Assembly: GCA_003971905.1 (NCBI GenBank) | Contig: RSEE01000049.1 | Span: 124,001-188,000, forward strand | Reading direction: 5' to 3' | DNA length: 64,000 nucleotides | Origin: Moniliella sp. 'wahieum' | Lineage: Eukaryota | Shown: one piece after another, positions 1 through 11,685 of the stretch | Position numbering within the stretch: the stretch's first letter is position 1 | Layout: each line of letters begins with the position of its first letter | The notes under the pieces: generated by a model | Told to the model about the DNA's origin: nothing | Databases searched by the model: none | Seen by the model: the letters and a program-made list of their open reading frames with translations, nothing else | Translations under genes and position numbers: made by a program

Positions 1-2779
1 TATCCAACAGCACCACCCGGTCGCACTCGGCCAAATACTGAAGCGCATGCGTCACCAGGATCACCGTCTTGCCCGCCCGCTTGAGCGGGAGGATGGCGTT
101 GATAAAGACGGCCTTGCCGACATGCGCATCCAGAGCCGAAAGTGGGTCGTCGAAAAAGTAAATGTCCGGGTCAAAGTACAAGGCACGAGCAATGTTCACC
201 CTCTGTTTTTGGCCGCCTGACAACGTCACACCTTTCTCACCAATCTCCGACAAGTCGCCAGCCTTGAGCATCTTCAAGTCGTTCTCCAACTCACTCACCT
301 TGATCACGTTCCAGTAGCGCACCGGATCAAACGGACGACCAAACGTAATGTTGTCCCGCAAGTGGCCGAACGGATCCAAGCTGTCTGGGGACAATAGCCA
401 ATCGCATGCGAGCCCCAAATCACCCGACCGCCCAAACGCTTCATCTCGCCAATACAGCCTTCTAGCAACGACGATTTCCCACTTCCCACAGCGCCCACAA
501 TCGCACACAGTTCCCCTCGCTTGATGCTAAGGTTGATGCCGCGCATCGCAAACGGTTCCATCTTCTCCGCCGCGGCGTCATCCGTGATTTGCGGGCCAAC
601 AGCACCCGCCATACCAGGAACGGTGGAATCCTTGCCCGCGCCGAACCGCGACTGGGCCAAGTCTTGTTCGGCCTTATCCTTCTCAGTCTCGATCTGACCT
701 TGCTTCTCGGTTGCCGGGTCGCGGCGACGGAACAAACGCGTAATCTTACCCTTCTTCTTGTCCCCCAGCTTGGGCCCATCCACCTTAGCGTGGTCCTCGG
801 CCCGAACGGTAGCCCATTGAAACGAAGCGTCTTCCAACCGGATCCCATCGGGGGAAGCCGTGTCGTACTCATTCTCGTCCTTGACCATGGGCGCCTCAAA
901 CACGGTTTGCAGACGTAAGAACGCATTGAGCGCATCGGTGGAAGAGGACAGAGCCAGCGGCGCAATCATCAGTGGCATTCGGGTCAAGTTGAACAGAGTC
1001 AAGGATGAGAAGATCTTGGCTGCATTCAACGAGTGACCCGTCAAACTGTACACGACAAAGGATACTACCGAGCCCAACACGGTGCTGGAAAATGCCACGG
1101 CGCGAGGTAGCCGAGCGCAAGAGCAGCAGCGAGCGAATGCCATGCAACTCGTTTGTCCGAATCTTGTGCAGACGGTCCAAAAAGTCTGGTTCAAACCCAA
1201 AGATCTTGACGATCCGCATCGAAGCCAGGATCTCGACAATGGCTTTGGCACGTTTGTCGGTCCACACCATGGACTGCTTCCGCGCAAACATGAGCAACAT
1301 GGCATGCATCAGCACCATGATCGCACCCAGCAGCACCGCGTACCCTGCCAGGGCCGAGTACCCAATCTGACACAAGAGGATGATCAATGCCACCACCAAC
1401 TGAATCGGGGCGGTGATGGAAATCACACACCAGTTGGCCGCAAAATCAATACGACTGACATCGGTGCTGATGTGGTTGGTCAACTTGCCTGGTGCACGAT
1501 CTTGTCCATTCATCTTGAGGCCACGAGTAAAGATGGCCGAGATGAGAGCGGCACGAATGAAAATACCGCTACCCTGGCCAGGAAGAAAAAGTGATGCTGG
1601 CAAATGGAGGCAAAAAACGACATGAGAAAGAGACCAAAGGACATCGCTACGCCCTTGCCCACAGGCGGGGAATGAAGGTGCAACTCGGGATAGCGGTGCG
1701 CAGCATAAACCTCTTGGCCAAACGAAATGATCTTCTTGAGTACCAACGTTGAAAGCAGCTGCGACATGTCCCCCATCAACCGGAACAACATCGCCAGCCA
1801 AATCTCCCACTTGAACACATCGTGCACAGCGAGAATCAAGGACGCGCGGCGGAAGCCCGAATAGTTGTCGGGGATGGGGGGGAAGCCACCGGGGGATGGG
1901 GGCGCCCTTGGGCGGCTTGGGGCGGTAGGCACCAGGCGGAGGAGGTTGGTGCCACAGTTCGGCGCGTTGGACGGGGAAAGATCCAAGGCTTTGCGTTGCC
2001 GAAGCAGTTTGCCTTGGACCAGGTAAACGGTGGACCAGCGCATGCGCGTCCATCGACTCGGCTTACGTGCGCCCGACACCACCTCCTCGTTGTACTGTGC
2101 TGCCTGGGCTACGCGCGCATCCCATCGCTCGAGCAGGCGGGGAGAGGTATTCAGCCGCGGGGCTGGTCCATGCTCCACAGATCGGTGGCTTCCAACGGCC
2201 GCCGATACCCAAGGAACATGATGGGCGTCATCCAGCCAAAGAAGATGTAGGAAAGCCAGTTGGACTGGGATATGGGCAGCTCCGGCGCATCGTCCATGCT
2301 CAGTGGGGGAGGCAAGGGAGGCTCGCGCCAGCGCCACATTTGCCACCAATGCTCCCGGAGCGGACGGAGGGTGAAGACGCGGTCGCCGGGTTGTAGGCAT
2401 AGCCGCCGTTGTTGGTCAGGATGCTTTTCAGCCGGGTCTGCCTCCACCTCGTCCGGGTCGGCTGCCCCGGTTTTGTCACAGCGGGCAAGGGGGTAAGCAT
2501 CTCGCCGCTGGTCTTGCCTTCGGTGGGCGAAGGCGTCTTGAGGTCGAAGGCAGCGGTGGGGGAGCGGTCGCGCGTGGGGGGGCGGGGGGGGGCGGGGGGG
2601 TGTCGGAAGCGGATGCATGCAGCATCCTCGCAACGACCGTGGCAGGGCAGATGGTGGGGGGGGGGGGGGGCAGGAGAGCGTCGCCCACGATACGGAGGCG
2701 AGATGCTAGGGCGAGCGCCGAGGCAGCTGCAGTTGGAATCTGTGTCTGGGAGAGGTGGAAATTGGAAATGGGAACCCAA
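1..2779 (-). CDS. YOR1: ABCC/MRP-family ABC transporter (YOR1-like), N-terminal half (TMD1+NBD1); continues beyond left edge; frameshifted, start uncertain
   Basis: ORF pieces give 'NWLSYIFFGWMTPIMFLGYRRPLEATDLW', 'GKLTNHISTDVSRIDFA', Walker A 'GAVGSGKSSLL' and 'GYCPQTAWI'. Reverse translation of 1-250 gives 'GEKGVTLSGGQKQRVNIARALYFDPDIYFFDDPLSALDAHVGKAVF' (ABC signature and Walker B). Confidence 0.9.
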
Positions 2780-4218
2780 CTAGGAACTCCCACGAGTCAT
2801 TACTGCATGGGGCAACCACGCGGCAGCAGGTCGGAGGTAAGCAGCACTGGCCCGTGCCACCCGAGGCGAACAGCGCCGAACCGAGAGCTACCGAGGGACA
2901 AAGCAGCGTGCTAAACTAATACCCTGTTCAGGCCTCCACACCGCCTCGCAGTCTCGCAGTATCCCCATTCTCGGGGCCTGCATCGCTCAGTGCAACTACA
3001 CCCTCGGCAGCCCTCAGCGTCAGCGCCTCAGCCACCACCCACCACTGTCAGCTCGTCTCGCTGGGGGCTGGGGCGGGCCGGTCTAATGCATTAATCAGCT
3101 GTTACATAGAGGGCCATGTGCTTGTCTATCAGCTTCAGGAGCTTCAGGGCCTCAGGCTAGCTTCAGACTTCACGTCACCGGTTACCGTCGGACAGTCTCT
3201 GGGTGTGGCAAGAGAAGGACACACACCTCCTGGGCCCATCCCGCCACCCCGCCACTCGCCACTCGCCACTCGCCACTCGCCACTCCGTCCGAGGACTACT
3301 CCACGAGGCATCAGTACATCAGTGCACCAGCCACCATGCATCATGCATCTGCATCAGCCCTGGGCGGGCGGAGGCGGGATCGTTTGGGGGAGCGAGAAGG
3401 CGATTGAGAGAGGCGAGTGTCCCATGCCACAGATGCTATCAGCACGCAGCGATCGTCGATGGTCGATGGCCCAGCCAGCGTCCCAGATCTCGAACGCGCG
3501 GCCTCCGCGGACGGAGATAAGGCCGAACAAGATACGGGGCCACACCAAAGCCGAGACATGCCGCCCACGTGGCGTCGGCCGCTTGGAGGGGATGCAGTTT
3601 TCAAACTTCAAGCTTCAAGCTTCACGTGAAGCTTCAAGCAGATCCCAGCGCCCAGCGGAGGCTCGATCCCACCCCACGCATCGGCAGTGCCCGCCCGTGT
3701 CTCAAGGCATCCTCAGCGTCGCCCCGGCCAGTGGGCGCTGGGCGCTGGGCGTCACTAGGTCACTACAGCGCTTCAAAGCTTCAATATTCAATTCACTCGA
3801 TCGCTGATCTCGGAGCTTCAGCGCCCTCAACACCCGCGTTTCACAATTTCACGCCTCACGGCATCATGCATCGTACATCACGCGTCACCACAATCCACAT
3901 GCCGTTGCAAGTTGCAGCACGTGTCCATATCACGTGCTCTCCATCTCACCGCCCATGCTTTCTCCCACCTGATCATCGCTGTACGCGCCGATCCAGCACT
4001 CAGCGGCTAAATGTCCACACCAAGGAATGGATGCAGGTATGGTTGAGCAGCAGACAATCTAAAGAATCAAGTGAAAAGGGGGCACAGGAGAACCAATAAG
4101 CCCCTGCGCCAATCCGCCCATCCGATCAAAGCACAGAGAGGCAACCAAGGCAGAACAACGTGGGAGGTTGATTCAGTCCAGCAAGCAACCTCCTCCGTCC
4201 AACTCGCGCCTTGTCCAT

Positions 4219-4958
4219 TTACGAGTTGTGCCACAACAGCGTTTTCAGCCCCTTCCACTTCTCCGCATTGACGTACAAGTCTGTTGACGCGTCAGTACCA
4301 AATCCTCTAATCTCTCCTCCATGCATAGGGCCAAGGAGAAAAGAGGGGGGGGGAGCAACGTACAGTCCATCGACATGACCAGTCCATTCTGCAGTGTCTG
4401 CCTCCGCGCAACAAAGTCCCACATAACCAAGGCCCAGGTCACCGCGGCAAACGTCTTGAACACCCGCGCGTCCGTAGGGATGGGCTTGGTCGCCGGCCAA
4501 TCGGGTGCGACCTTGGCGCGAGGGAGGAAGGAGGAGACAATACGAGCGGTGCAGTAGAGCACAATTTGCTCATTCACTGCATTCCGTTCCCCAAACACCA
4601 CGTAGCCCCCCAACGCACCGGCCAACAAGGCCTCCAGTTGATCTCCGCCACTCGCGCCGGTCAACGAAGGCGGCTTAGCGTACCGCCCACGCAGCGATCG
4701 CAGAAGGATCGTGGCGCCCTTGTAGAGCGCAGCAAACTTGAGTAGATTGGTGGCATGTTGCCGTGTCGCGCGGTACACGAACCGCGCCCGGTCCTGCGCC
4801 GAGCCGCGGCCAAACAGGACGGACATGACAAGCGCATGCGGGAACCGGATCTTGGCCCCATACACCGCACCATTGCGGGCTGCCTTGAGCACAGACAGGA
4901 GGCCGTGCAGCTCCGGGCGCAGGATGAGAGATGTCAGAGCAGCATGTGCATCGGACAT
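4219..4958 (-). CDS. PXMP4: Peroxisomal membrane protein 4 (PXMP4/PMP24, Tim17-like family)
   Basis: 'LSVLKAARNGAVYGAKIRFPHALVM', 'GGYVVFGERNAVNEQIVLY'. Intron 4281-4363 (GTACGT..CTGAC..CAG) restores the end 'MDYLYVNAEKWKGLKTLLWHNS*'. Confidence 0.88.
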
Positions 4959-6026
4959 GGTATGGAGGGGGCAGACTGCCTGAGGTCGGGCGAACGAGAG
5001 GTGGGGCGGGGACAGGTCGGGCAGGCCGCCAGCCGAGTCTGCAAGCTCCAAGCTTTGCCCCTCAGGCGTCACGCGTCACGCGTCACCCTGCTAGGCCGGG
5101 TGGGGCCTGTGTGGCCGGTGGGGCCTGTGTGGCCCCGGGACGAGCACTGCAGGTGTGAAAGACGGCGCCATGGGGATTAGGTAATCGGGTGGATATTGGG
5201 TACTGCTTACCGGTTGCCGGTTACTGATTGCCGGTTACATTTTGATTGGTTGCAACTGGCCCAGGCCGGCGCAGTGCGCTTCAGCTGGCACCGCACAGGG
5301 GCACTGCAGCCAGCCCTTATAATAAGCGTAATGGTTGCCTCCCTTCGTTGCTACTGTCCTTCGCTCCCCCTTCCGGGTCGCGTCCGCCGTCGCTTGCTTG
5401 CTGCTCCACTCAATACATCCTTTCCGCTGCTTTGGTCTGATACTCAGATGAGTTTCCTGACGTTTTCCCTCCTTGCGTTGTGGGGCCAAAACATAAAGCG
5501 GAGGAAAAGTACAGTGGATCTAAAAGAAATTAGAAAAGAAGCCTACGGGAAGATCTCTGCAGGAAGATCACCGTCTGATCCATAAGACGGGACGAGAACA
5601 ACCAACTCGAATCGGAAGAGAGAGCAAGGCAAAGACAAGAATTGGAAAAACGCTCACTCGTTCCCTTAAAGCGAAACCGTTCTATGCACAGCAGATGCGT
5701 GACTCTTTTTGCACTAGAAAAGAGGAAATGACAGTACTAGAGTCATAGGTTGGCTGATCTCGTACCCTTTTACAATTTGTTCGTCTCGAGTGTCTCGCTC
5801 TTTTTCCCTATTCTTCCGCTTCACGCCTATGTCCTTTGCTGTTGTTTCTTCCCCACGAACAATTCCGACATTTTTTGGCCTAGTCTTGGCTCTTGCCTCC
5901 CTCGCCTTCTCAGAGCCTCGAGTGTGATAGGTAGTGTAAGCGCTCTCCTCAACAACAGTATCTTTTACCCTATCCAGTCTGATAACACAGTCCACAATAA
6001 GGACACTGAGAGAAAAAGGACAAAGA

Positions 6027-6176
6027 GAGATGAAATCCACATATGGGCAGAGCAAAGGCGATGAAATCCACAAGGACAGAGAACAAGGAAAGGAGAGATG
6101 AAATCCACATAAGGGCAGAGAAAAGGCGATGAAATCCATATGGATGGGGAAAGAAAACGAGCGATGAAATCCACAT
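6027..6176. repeat. Minisatellite: GATGAAATCCA core x5
   Basis: Core starts at 6029, 6060, 6097, 6128 and 6163 (spacings 31, 37, 31, 35). Spacers are purine-rich and similar to each other. Confidence 0.85.
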
Positions 6177-6299
6177 GGGTACAGAACACAAAGGAGCGAG
6201 AGAGGGCGCGGAGAAAGCCTAGGCGGAGCGACCAAAAAGAAACGAAAGTGGAAGAGATAAAGGTAGGAAAACAAGTGAAATAGACACATGGGGTGGAGG

Positions 6300-8148
6300 G
6301 GGCGTTGCCTACACGGCCGACCGCGTGGATACGATGATCGGTTCGGGATCCGGAATGGGATACTCGATGCCATCGAGGACGATGGTGCGAATGGGTGCCG
6401 AGTTCGGCGACCAGCGGATGGCCGCGCCAGCTGGGTGGTGCGCGGTGGGGTGTGAAGACGATCGACGTCGAGAGAATCTTCGGCGGGGACCGATTCCGTC
6501 TCGGGAACGGGAAGCAGTGCCGGCGCGACCGGGACCGCTTCGTGCTGACGGTCCTCCTGTTTTTCCGTTTGCTTCGATCCATTCTCCACCTTGTTGGGCT
6601 TGGAGCTGGACGGCCCCGGTTTCTTGCTCTCCTTGTCCTCGGTCCCTGTTGACCAGAAAGAAGAAGCAAGCGCGACGGCGCCTCCTGCGGACGGCCAAAG
6701 ACAATGTCCGAACCAGGCATGTACTCGTACCCGGCCTTGTTGGCGTCGAGGAAAAAGTCCGGGTCGGCAGTCGCGGCGCCCTTGCGGAACTGGTCCCCAT
6801 CGAGTAACCCCAGTCCCTGCAGCGGCGGCTTGGCTTCGTCCACCTCCTTGCGCACAGCTTGCATGTGCACCCGTAGCTGTCGCAATGTGCCTGTCTGTAC
6901 GCTCGGCAACGGACGGGACGATCCATAGGTAAACGCCGACGTCTCTACATCTTCCTCCAGTAACGCCATGGGCGCCGGTACGGTGATCTGGGCAAGGCAT
7001 TGACGCGCTTGGTCTTCGTCCCACTCCGTCTGCAGCGGGTAGGCACAAACGTGACGGACAATGGCTGAGCGAACGGTACGCAGTTCCTGACGCGCCTCGA
7101 GTGCAATGCGCTCGTATTTCTGGCTGCGTTCGCTGAGCTTTTGCTGTCGCATCACCGACCGTTCTTTCTCCCGACTGACATGGTTGATGCACCACGTAGC
7201 CTGGGCAAAGGAGCACTCGAGAGTTTGGTGCAAACTGCCTTTGTGGTGCTCAGAAGCCCGTCGGGTGGGCAACTTGTGCAGCTCGACAATTGTCATGTCG
7301 GGCAAGGCAGCGACGCCAATGTTGGCCACACGAGCTTGGGCCATGATGGTAAACAAACGGCCGCTAAGAATCTTGGCCATCTGCAAAATAGGGGAGATGG
7401 TACGGGTCAATTCGTATTCGTGACCATTGAGGATCTCCTTGCCCGTGGGGATGCGCGACTTGATGCGAATGTCGACCGTCTTGGCAATCGCTTTGCGCAC
7501 ACAGGCCAGTAACTCCTGTGCGGTCTTTTTGGCCTTTTCAAGATAATCCCGGCGCATGTGCTTCTCGCGCTCCGATTCAAACAGCAGTTTCTTGCTCAGG
7601 TCCGTCAACGAGTCGAGCTGGAACTGGGCTTTCTTCTCGTGGGTGTGCCAAAGGCCTGCAATCTTCGTCGCGGGCAGAGGTTGGAAGAGCGTAGCATGGA
7701 ACTGGTCCAGCTCTTTGACCACCTCACGGCGCTCCATGGCCAAGTGCTGGAGACGAGCCTTGTCCCGCTCTGCCTGCTCAATGTGTTGCAGCAGTTGCGC
7801 CAGACAAGCGCGGGCATCGGTCTCCCTCTGTCGAGCCCGGAGCAGCTCCTGCTGTAGCTGCACTGCCCGACGTCTCTTGGCGCGCGAAAGACGCACAAGA
7901 GCGCGCTTGCCAAGGTGGGTAGTCAGTTCCTGGTGCTGCTGCTGGGACGACTGGGCCGCGATACCCATCGCGCGCAGTTCCTTCACCTGCACACACAGGC
8001 GACCACGACTGGTATAGATCGCCTCGTCAGCCCGCTCCACTTTGGCATCCAACACGCCAATGGCCTCTAGCCGCGTGCTCAGCGTCTCGTGTCGCGCGCG
8101 CCCGGCCGTAGCCAAGGCAAGAGCCGCGGTGGGGGCCAAGACGGACAT
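6300..8148 (-). CDS. Hypothetical coiled-coil protein; 3' end uncertain
   Basis: Long ORF from ATG 8148 with L/E/Q/R/K-rich helical composition over about 480 aa. The distal part changes frame and runs into low-complexity sequence. No family recognised. Confidence 0.65.
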
Positions 8149-8971
8149 GGCTCGTTAGCGAGGGGGGGGGCGGGGTGGTGTGCGGAGAGCACACCCTTCC
8201 TGTTTTGCGTGCGCCCCCACGATATACGCCCCCCACAACCGCATACCGAACGAGTGGGGCTTGGCAAGTCAATCATGATAATCAATCTTCTTCAATCTGC
8301 AGGCTTCAAGCTTCAAGCTTCATCGAATTGATCATCAGCATCACGCGCACGGGCGTGTGGGCGGCCAGGACCGCAGTGTGCGCACGGCCTGCTCCTTCAC
8401 TTCCAAGGGTCTTTCTTTCCCCTCGTTCGTTCGCGCAGAACAACAGAACGAGGTGTGACGAATGCTGAGTACACTGTGTATGCTGAGCTGGCCGTACTAC
8501 AGAGGCGCAGAGGGGCAGCGGAGCCAGAGAAGCGCATCAGTGTTCTACGGCCACGGAACTAGCCTCTCATCTGCGCACTCCGCAGTTGAACGTTGAACGT
8601 TGGGGCGGTGAGAAACTCAGCCCAGGCGCTCAGGTGGAGCGAGGAGGCTGAGCGCGCTGAGGGCCGGGACTCGTTCGTACTCAGCGCCCTCAGGGCCTCA
8701 GCCTGCGAATGTCAAATGGTGCGGTGAAGCTTGAAGGTGTTGCCTGTTGCCTGTGATATGTGACGCCAGCTGTGAGTCAGCGCAGCCCACGACAGCTCAG
8801 CTTGAACGTTCAACTTCTCACCCGCGCAGCTCAGCTCAGGTCGCTCAGGCCCACTATCGGACGGTAACCCTATCTCTTTTTCGGTAGGGTTTTGGAAGGG
8901 TCACCGGTCCGGCCGGTGAGGCGATTAAACTGCGTGCTGGGGTAAATATTAAATGCACCTCGGTTCTCAAG

Positions 8972-8999
8972 CTTCAAGCTTCAAGCTTCAAGCTTCAAG
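8972..8999. repeat. (CTTCAAG)x4 tandem 7-mer array
   Basis: Four exact units at 8972, 8979, 8986 and 8993. One example of the window-wide nnTnAnn arrays. Confidence 0.95.
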
Positions 9000-9220
9000 T
9001 CCCTTGCTCCGCCCGAAGACCGACCCCGTCCGATGTCGGTCCCATTGCACCCCTTCCTCTCGCCCCAGGTCCCGATTCACGTATCCTGTCTCGTCCAATG
9101 ATCATTGAGCGCATTGAGCGGGCTGCCTGTCACCATGTCACCACAGACGGAGACGATCGAAGGGCCTCGACGATCGCCCTCCCCCTTTAGAGGTTTTGCG
9201 TGACCCTATGGAAGAGAAGC

Positions 9221-9398
9221 AAGTCTCAGTGGAAATGGTTCCTCGCTCGGATGTCAACCACGTTCCTCCGTGTCCACACGCGCTTCCTAGGGTACGGGAC
9301 CGGATGGCGTGAGCCGGAGGGCCTGATATCCTGGCGATCCCCCTGGTCCCTTAATCTTGGTGGCGCTTCCAAGTAACCCCCGCAAGATGAACGGTTCG
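9221..9398 (+). mobile_element. Short 3'-terminal fragment of the RLE non-LTR retrotransposon found at 32.0-32.8 kb
   Basis: Near-identical to 32664-32842 (AAGTCTCAGTGGAAATGGTTCCTCGCTCG...CCCCCGCAAGATGAACGGTTCG), with scattered substitutions and a 1-nt indel. Confidence 0.85.
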
Positions 9399-10199
9399 TG
9401 TTGGCCTAGGGAGCCGGACGGGCAGAAGGATGAGGAGAAGGTGATGGATTGGAGCCAGAGTTGGGTCTGGGTACAGAGGCATCTATATAGGAGGCTGGAC
9501 TAGGCACAGGGACAGTGAGTCACACAGGAGAGAGTGCAGGGCACAGGGACAGTGACACGCAGGGACGTCAGCGTGGAAGCCGATGGAACCGAGGCGAACC
9601 TGGTCTACCGACTGGGAGCCAGAGGATCACAGTCAACACGGGCGAAGGCTTGGGTGAGGAGGCAGAATGAAGGGCGCGGGCGGTTGCTGGACGCAAGAGC
9701 CGGATGGTGTTGGTGGAGCGGGGCAGGACGGAACACAGGCCGCTGTGCAGCATGGGCGGCGTGACACGGAGCACCGACATGGTCGATGGTGGGTGAACGC
9801 AAGGGAAGAATACCGACAGGAGGCGTGCTGCGTGCTGGCTGAGTGGGGGGGGAAGCGAGATGGGCGGGTTCCCAACGGGATGTCCTCAATCTGTCGGGCC
9901 GAGCACCCCAGTCGCCGGGCCGGCTTGCACTGGGGAGCCGGATCTATCATCAGGATCAGGATCAACGAGGGTCACGTATTCAACTTTCAACGCCTGAGGC
10001 CTGCCTGGGCGCCTGAGGCCTGAGGAACCCAAGGCCGGATGTGGGTCGGTTGGCTGCGTACGTAACGGGGTACTTGAACGTTTGCTGCTCCTCGGGCTCG
10101 GCGGCCGGTTGCGCCGGGCCGCGGCAGGCGTTGGCTGCCTCGGCTGCTGTGAGTTGAGTGTGGTTCGAGCGCCACCGAGCGTCCCCACCCCCACCACCC

Positions 10200-11685
10200 A
10201 TGTCTGCTTCCAGCCGCCCCGATGCGCCTGCAGTGGACCAGGCCAGCGGCCCCCTGACAGGCGAGGCGCGTGCCAAGGCGCTTGCCCAGGCGGTGCGCTT
10301 CCTCGCCTCCCTTCGCACCCGCCCCCGCGGCTGCACTCCCGAGGCCATCGCTGAGCAGCGCGCCTTCCTCCAATCCAAGGGGCTCGATGGCGCGCTCATT
10401 GCGCAAGCCGAGATGGATGCCACCCCACCTGCGTCCATTGCCTCATCCTCCCCCTCGCCTTCCGACTCTTCTACCGCGCCCCCCCGCGACGACCCTGCTG
10501 GCTCGAATGGGCTCGATGCGGACGCCTTTGCCCAAGCCCGTGCCGCCTTTGACGACCCGCTGGCCCCGCTCCCGCTCGTCCCGCAGCGGACATACCCACG
10601 CAACGTGCTCGATCTCTACCGCGACCCACGAACAGCCAGCTCTTCCCGTGCCCTGCATACATCTCCGCAACTCATCCCTCCCAAAAGTATCCTCATGTCC
10701 TTCTTTCTCCGTCTCAGTGGCTCCGCCCTCTACGCAGTGGTGGGTGTGCTAGCTGGCTTGCTGTGGAAGGCCGCCGCGTTGCCCCGCATGGTGGCCACCA
10801 GGGATGCGCGTGCTGTGGTACTGGCCCATGCCAGAGGGCTGGCACAACGCCTCACGACGCACTCGAACGCTCTGCGCCGCAGCACGGTAGCATTCGTTGG
10901 CCACCCAGTCGGGGCCGACATTGCGCTCGAGTCGGACTGGCCCCTGGAGCGCAGTGGAATGGATGACGGCCGCCCAACTGGCCGACCCCTCAAGCCAGCG
11001 CTGAAACCCAAGCAGAAGCGAGTCAGCTTCACGGAGGATACCAAGCACCCGGCCGAATCGGAGGACCAAGCCGAGGGGCAAGAGGCTCCGTTTTCGGATG
11101 CTGAGGAAGAAGCGGAAGCAACCGAGCTGCCCCGACGGATTTGACCGCTCCGTTGCGGGATGCACTGAAGGACTTGTCGGCTGCGCTGCGACGGGACCGG
11201 GCGTTGGAGGAGGCGGTAGAGACTCCCGTTCCCCCTCTACCAGAGACAGAGGAAAGTGTGGATGTGCTCTTTTCTTCGGACGAGGAGAGCGATTCGGAGC
11301 CAGCCGACGAAGAGGAGGAGGAACTGGAATTCGACCCGTACAAGCCCACAAAGGAGGAGAAGGCAGCCCGGCGGGCTAAGAAACAGGCTCGGGTCCAAGC
11401 TACCGCTTCCGTTTCCTCGGGGACTTCTCTCCCGAGTGTGCCTGAAAACTGGCAGCGCGGCCAAGCCGCCGCAGACTTTGCTTTGGCTTTGAACCGGCTG
11501 GGACGGTCATTTGAGACGCAGCGCTTCCGTTCGTCTACCTATGCCGCTCCAACCCCCGGGGAATCGAACGAGAATAGCTCGACCGTCCCTTGGTCAAGGC
11601 GGAAATTCGCAGCTTTAAAGGATTGCTCCTGCGCCGCCGGAACTTCCCTGCCATCCGGACCGGTGTGTCGACGTCGACATCGTGA
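10200..11685 (+). CDS. Pex14_N-domain peroxin, PEX33/Pex14-17-like; frameshifted
   Basis: N-terminal 'ARAKALAQAVRFLAS...QRAFLQSKGLDGALIAQA' (Pex14_N pattern), one hydrophobic segment, and C-terminal 'AEIRSFKGLLLRRRNFP' ending at TGA 11683-11685, matching the EIRSxKGxLL..FP motif of fungal Pex14/Pex33. Confidence 0.75.

Noticed and set aside
6029..6176. CRISPR-like array (constant core with variable spacers)
   Set aside because: The core is only 11-12 nt, spacers resemble each other, the context is eukaryotic and no cas genes are present.
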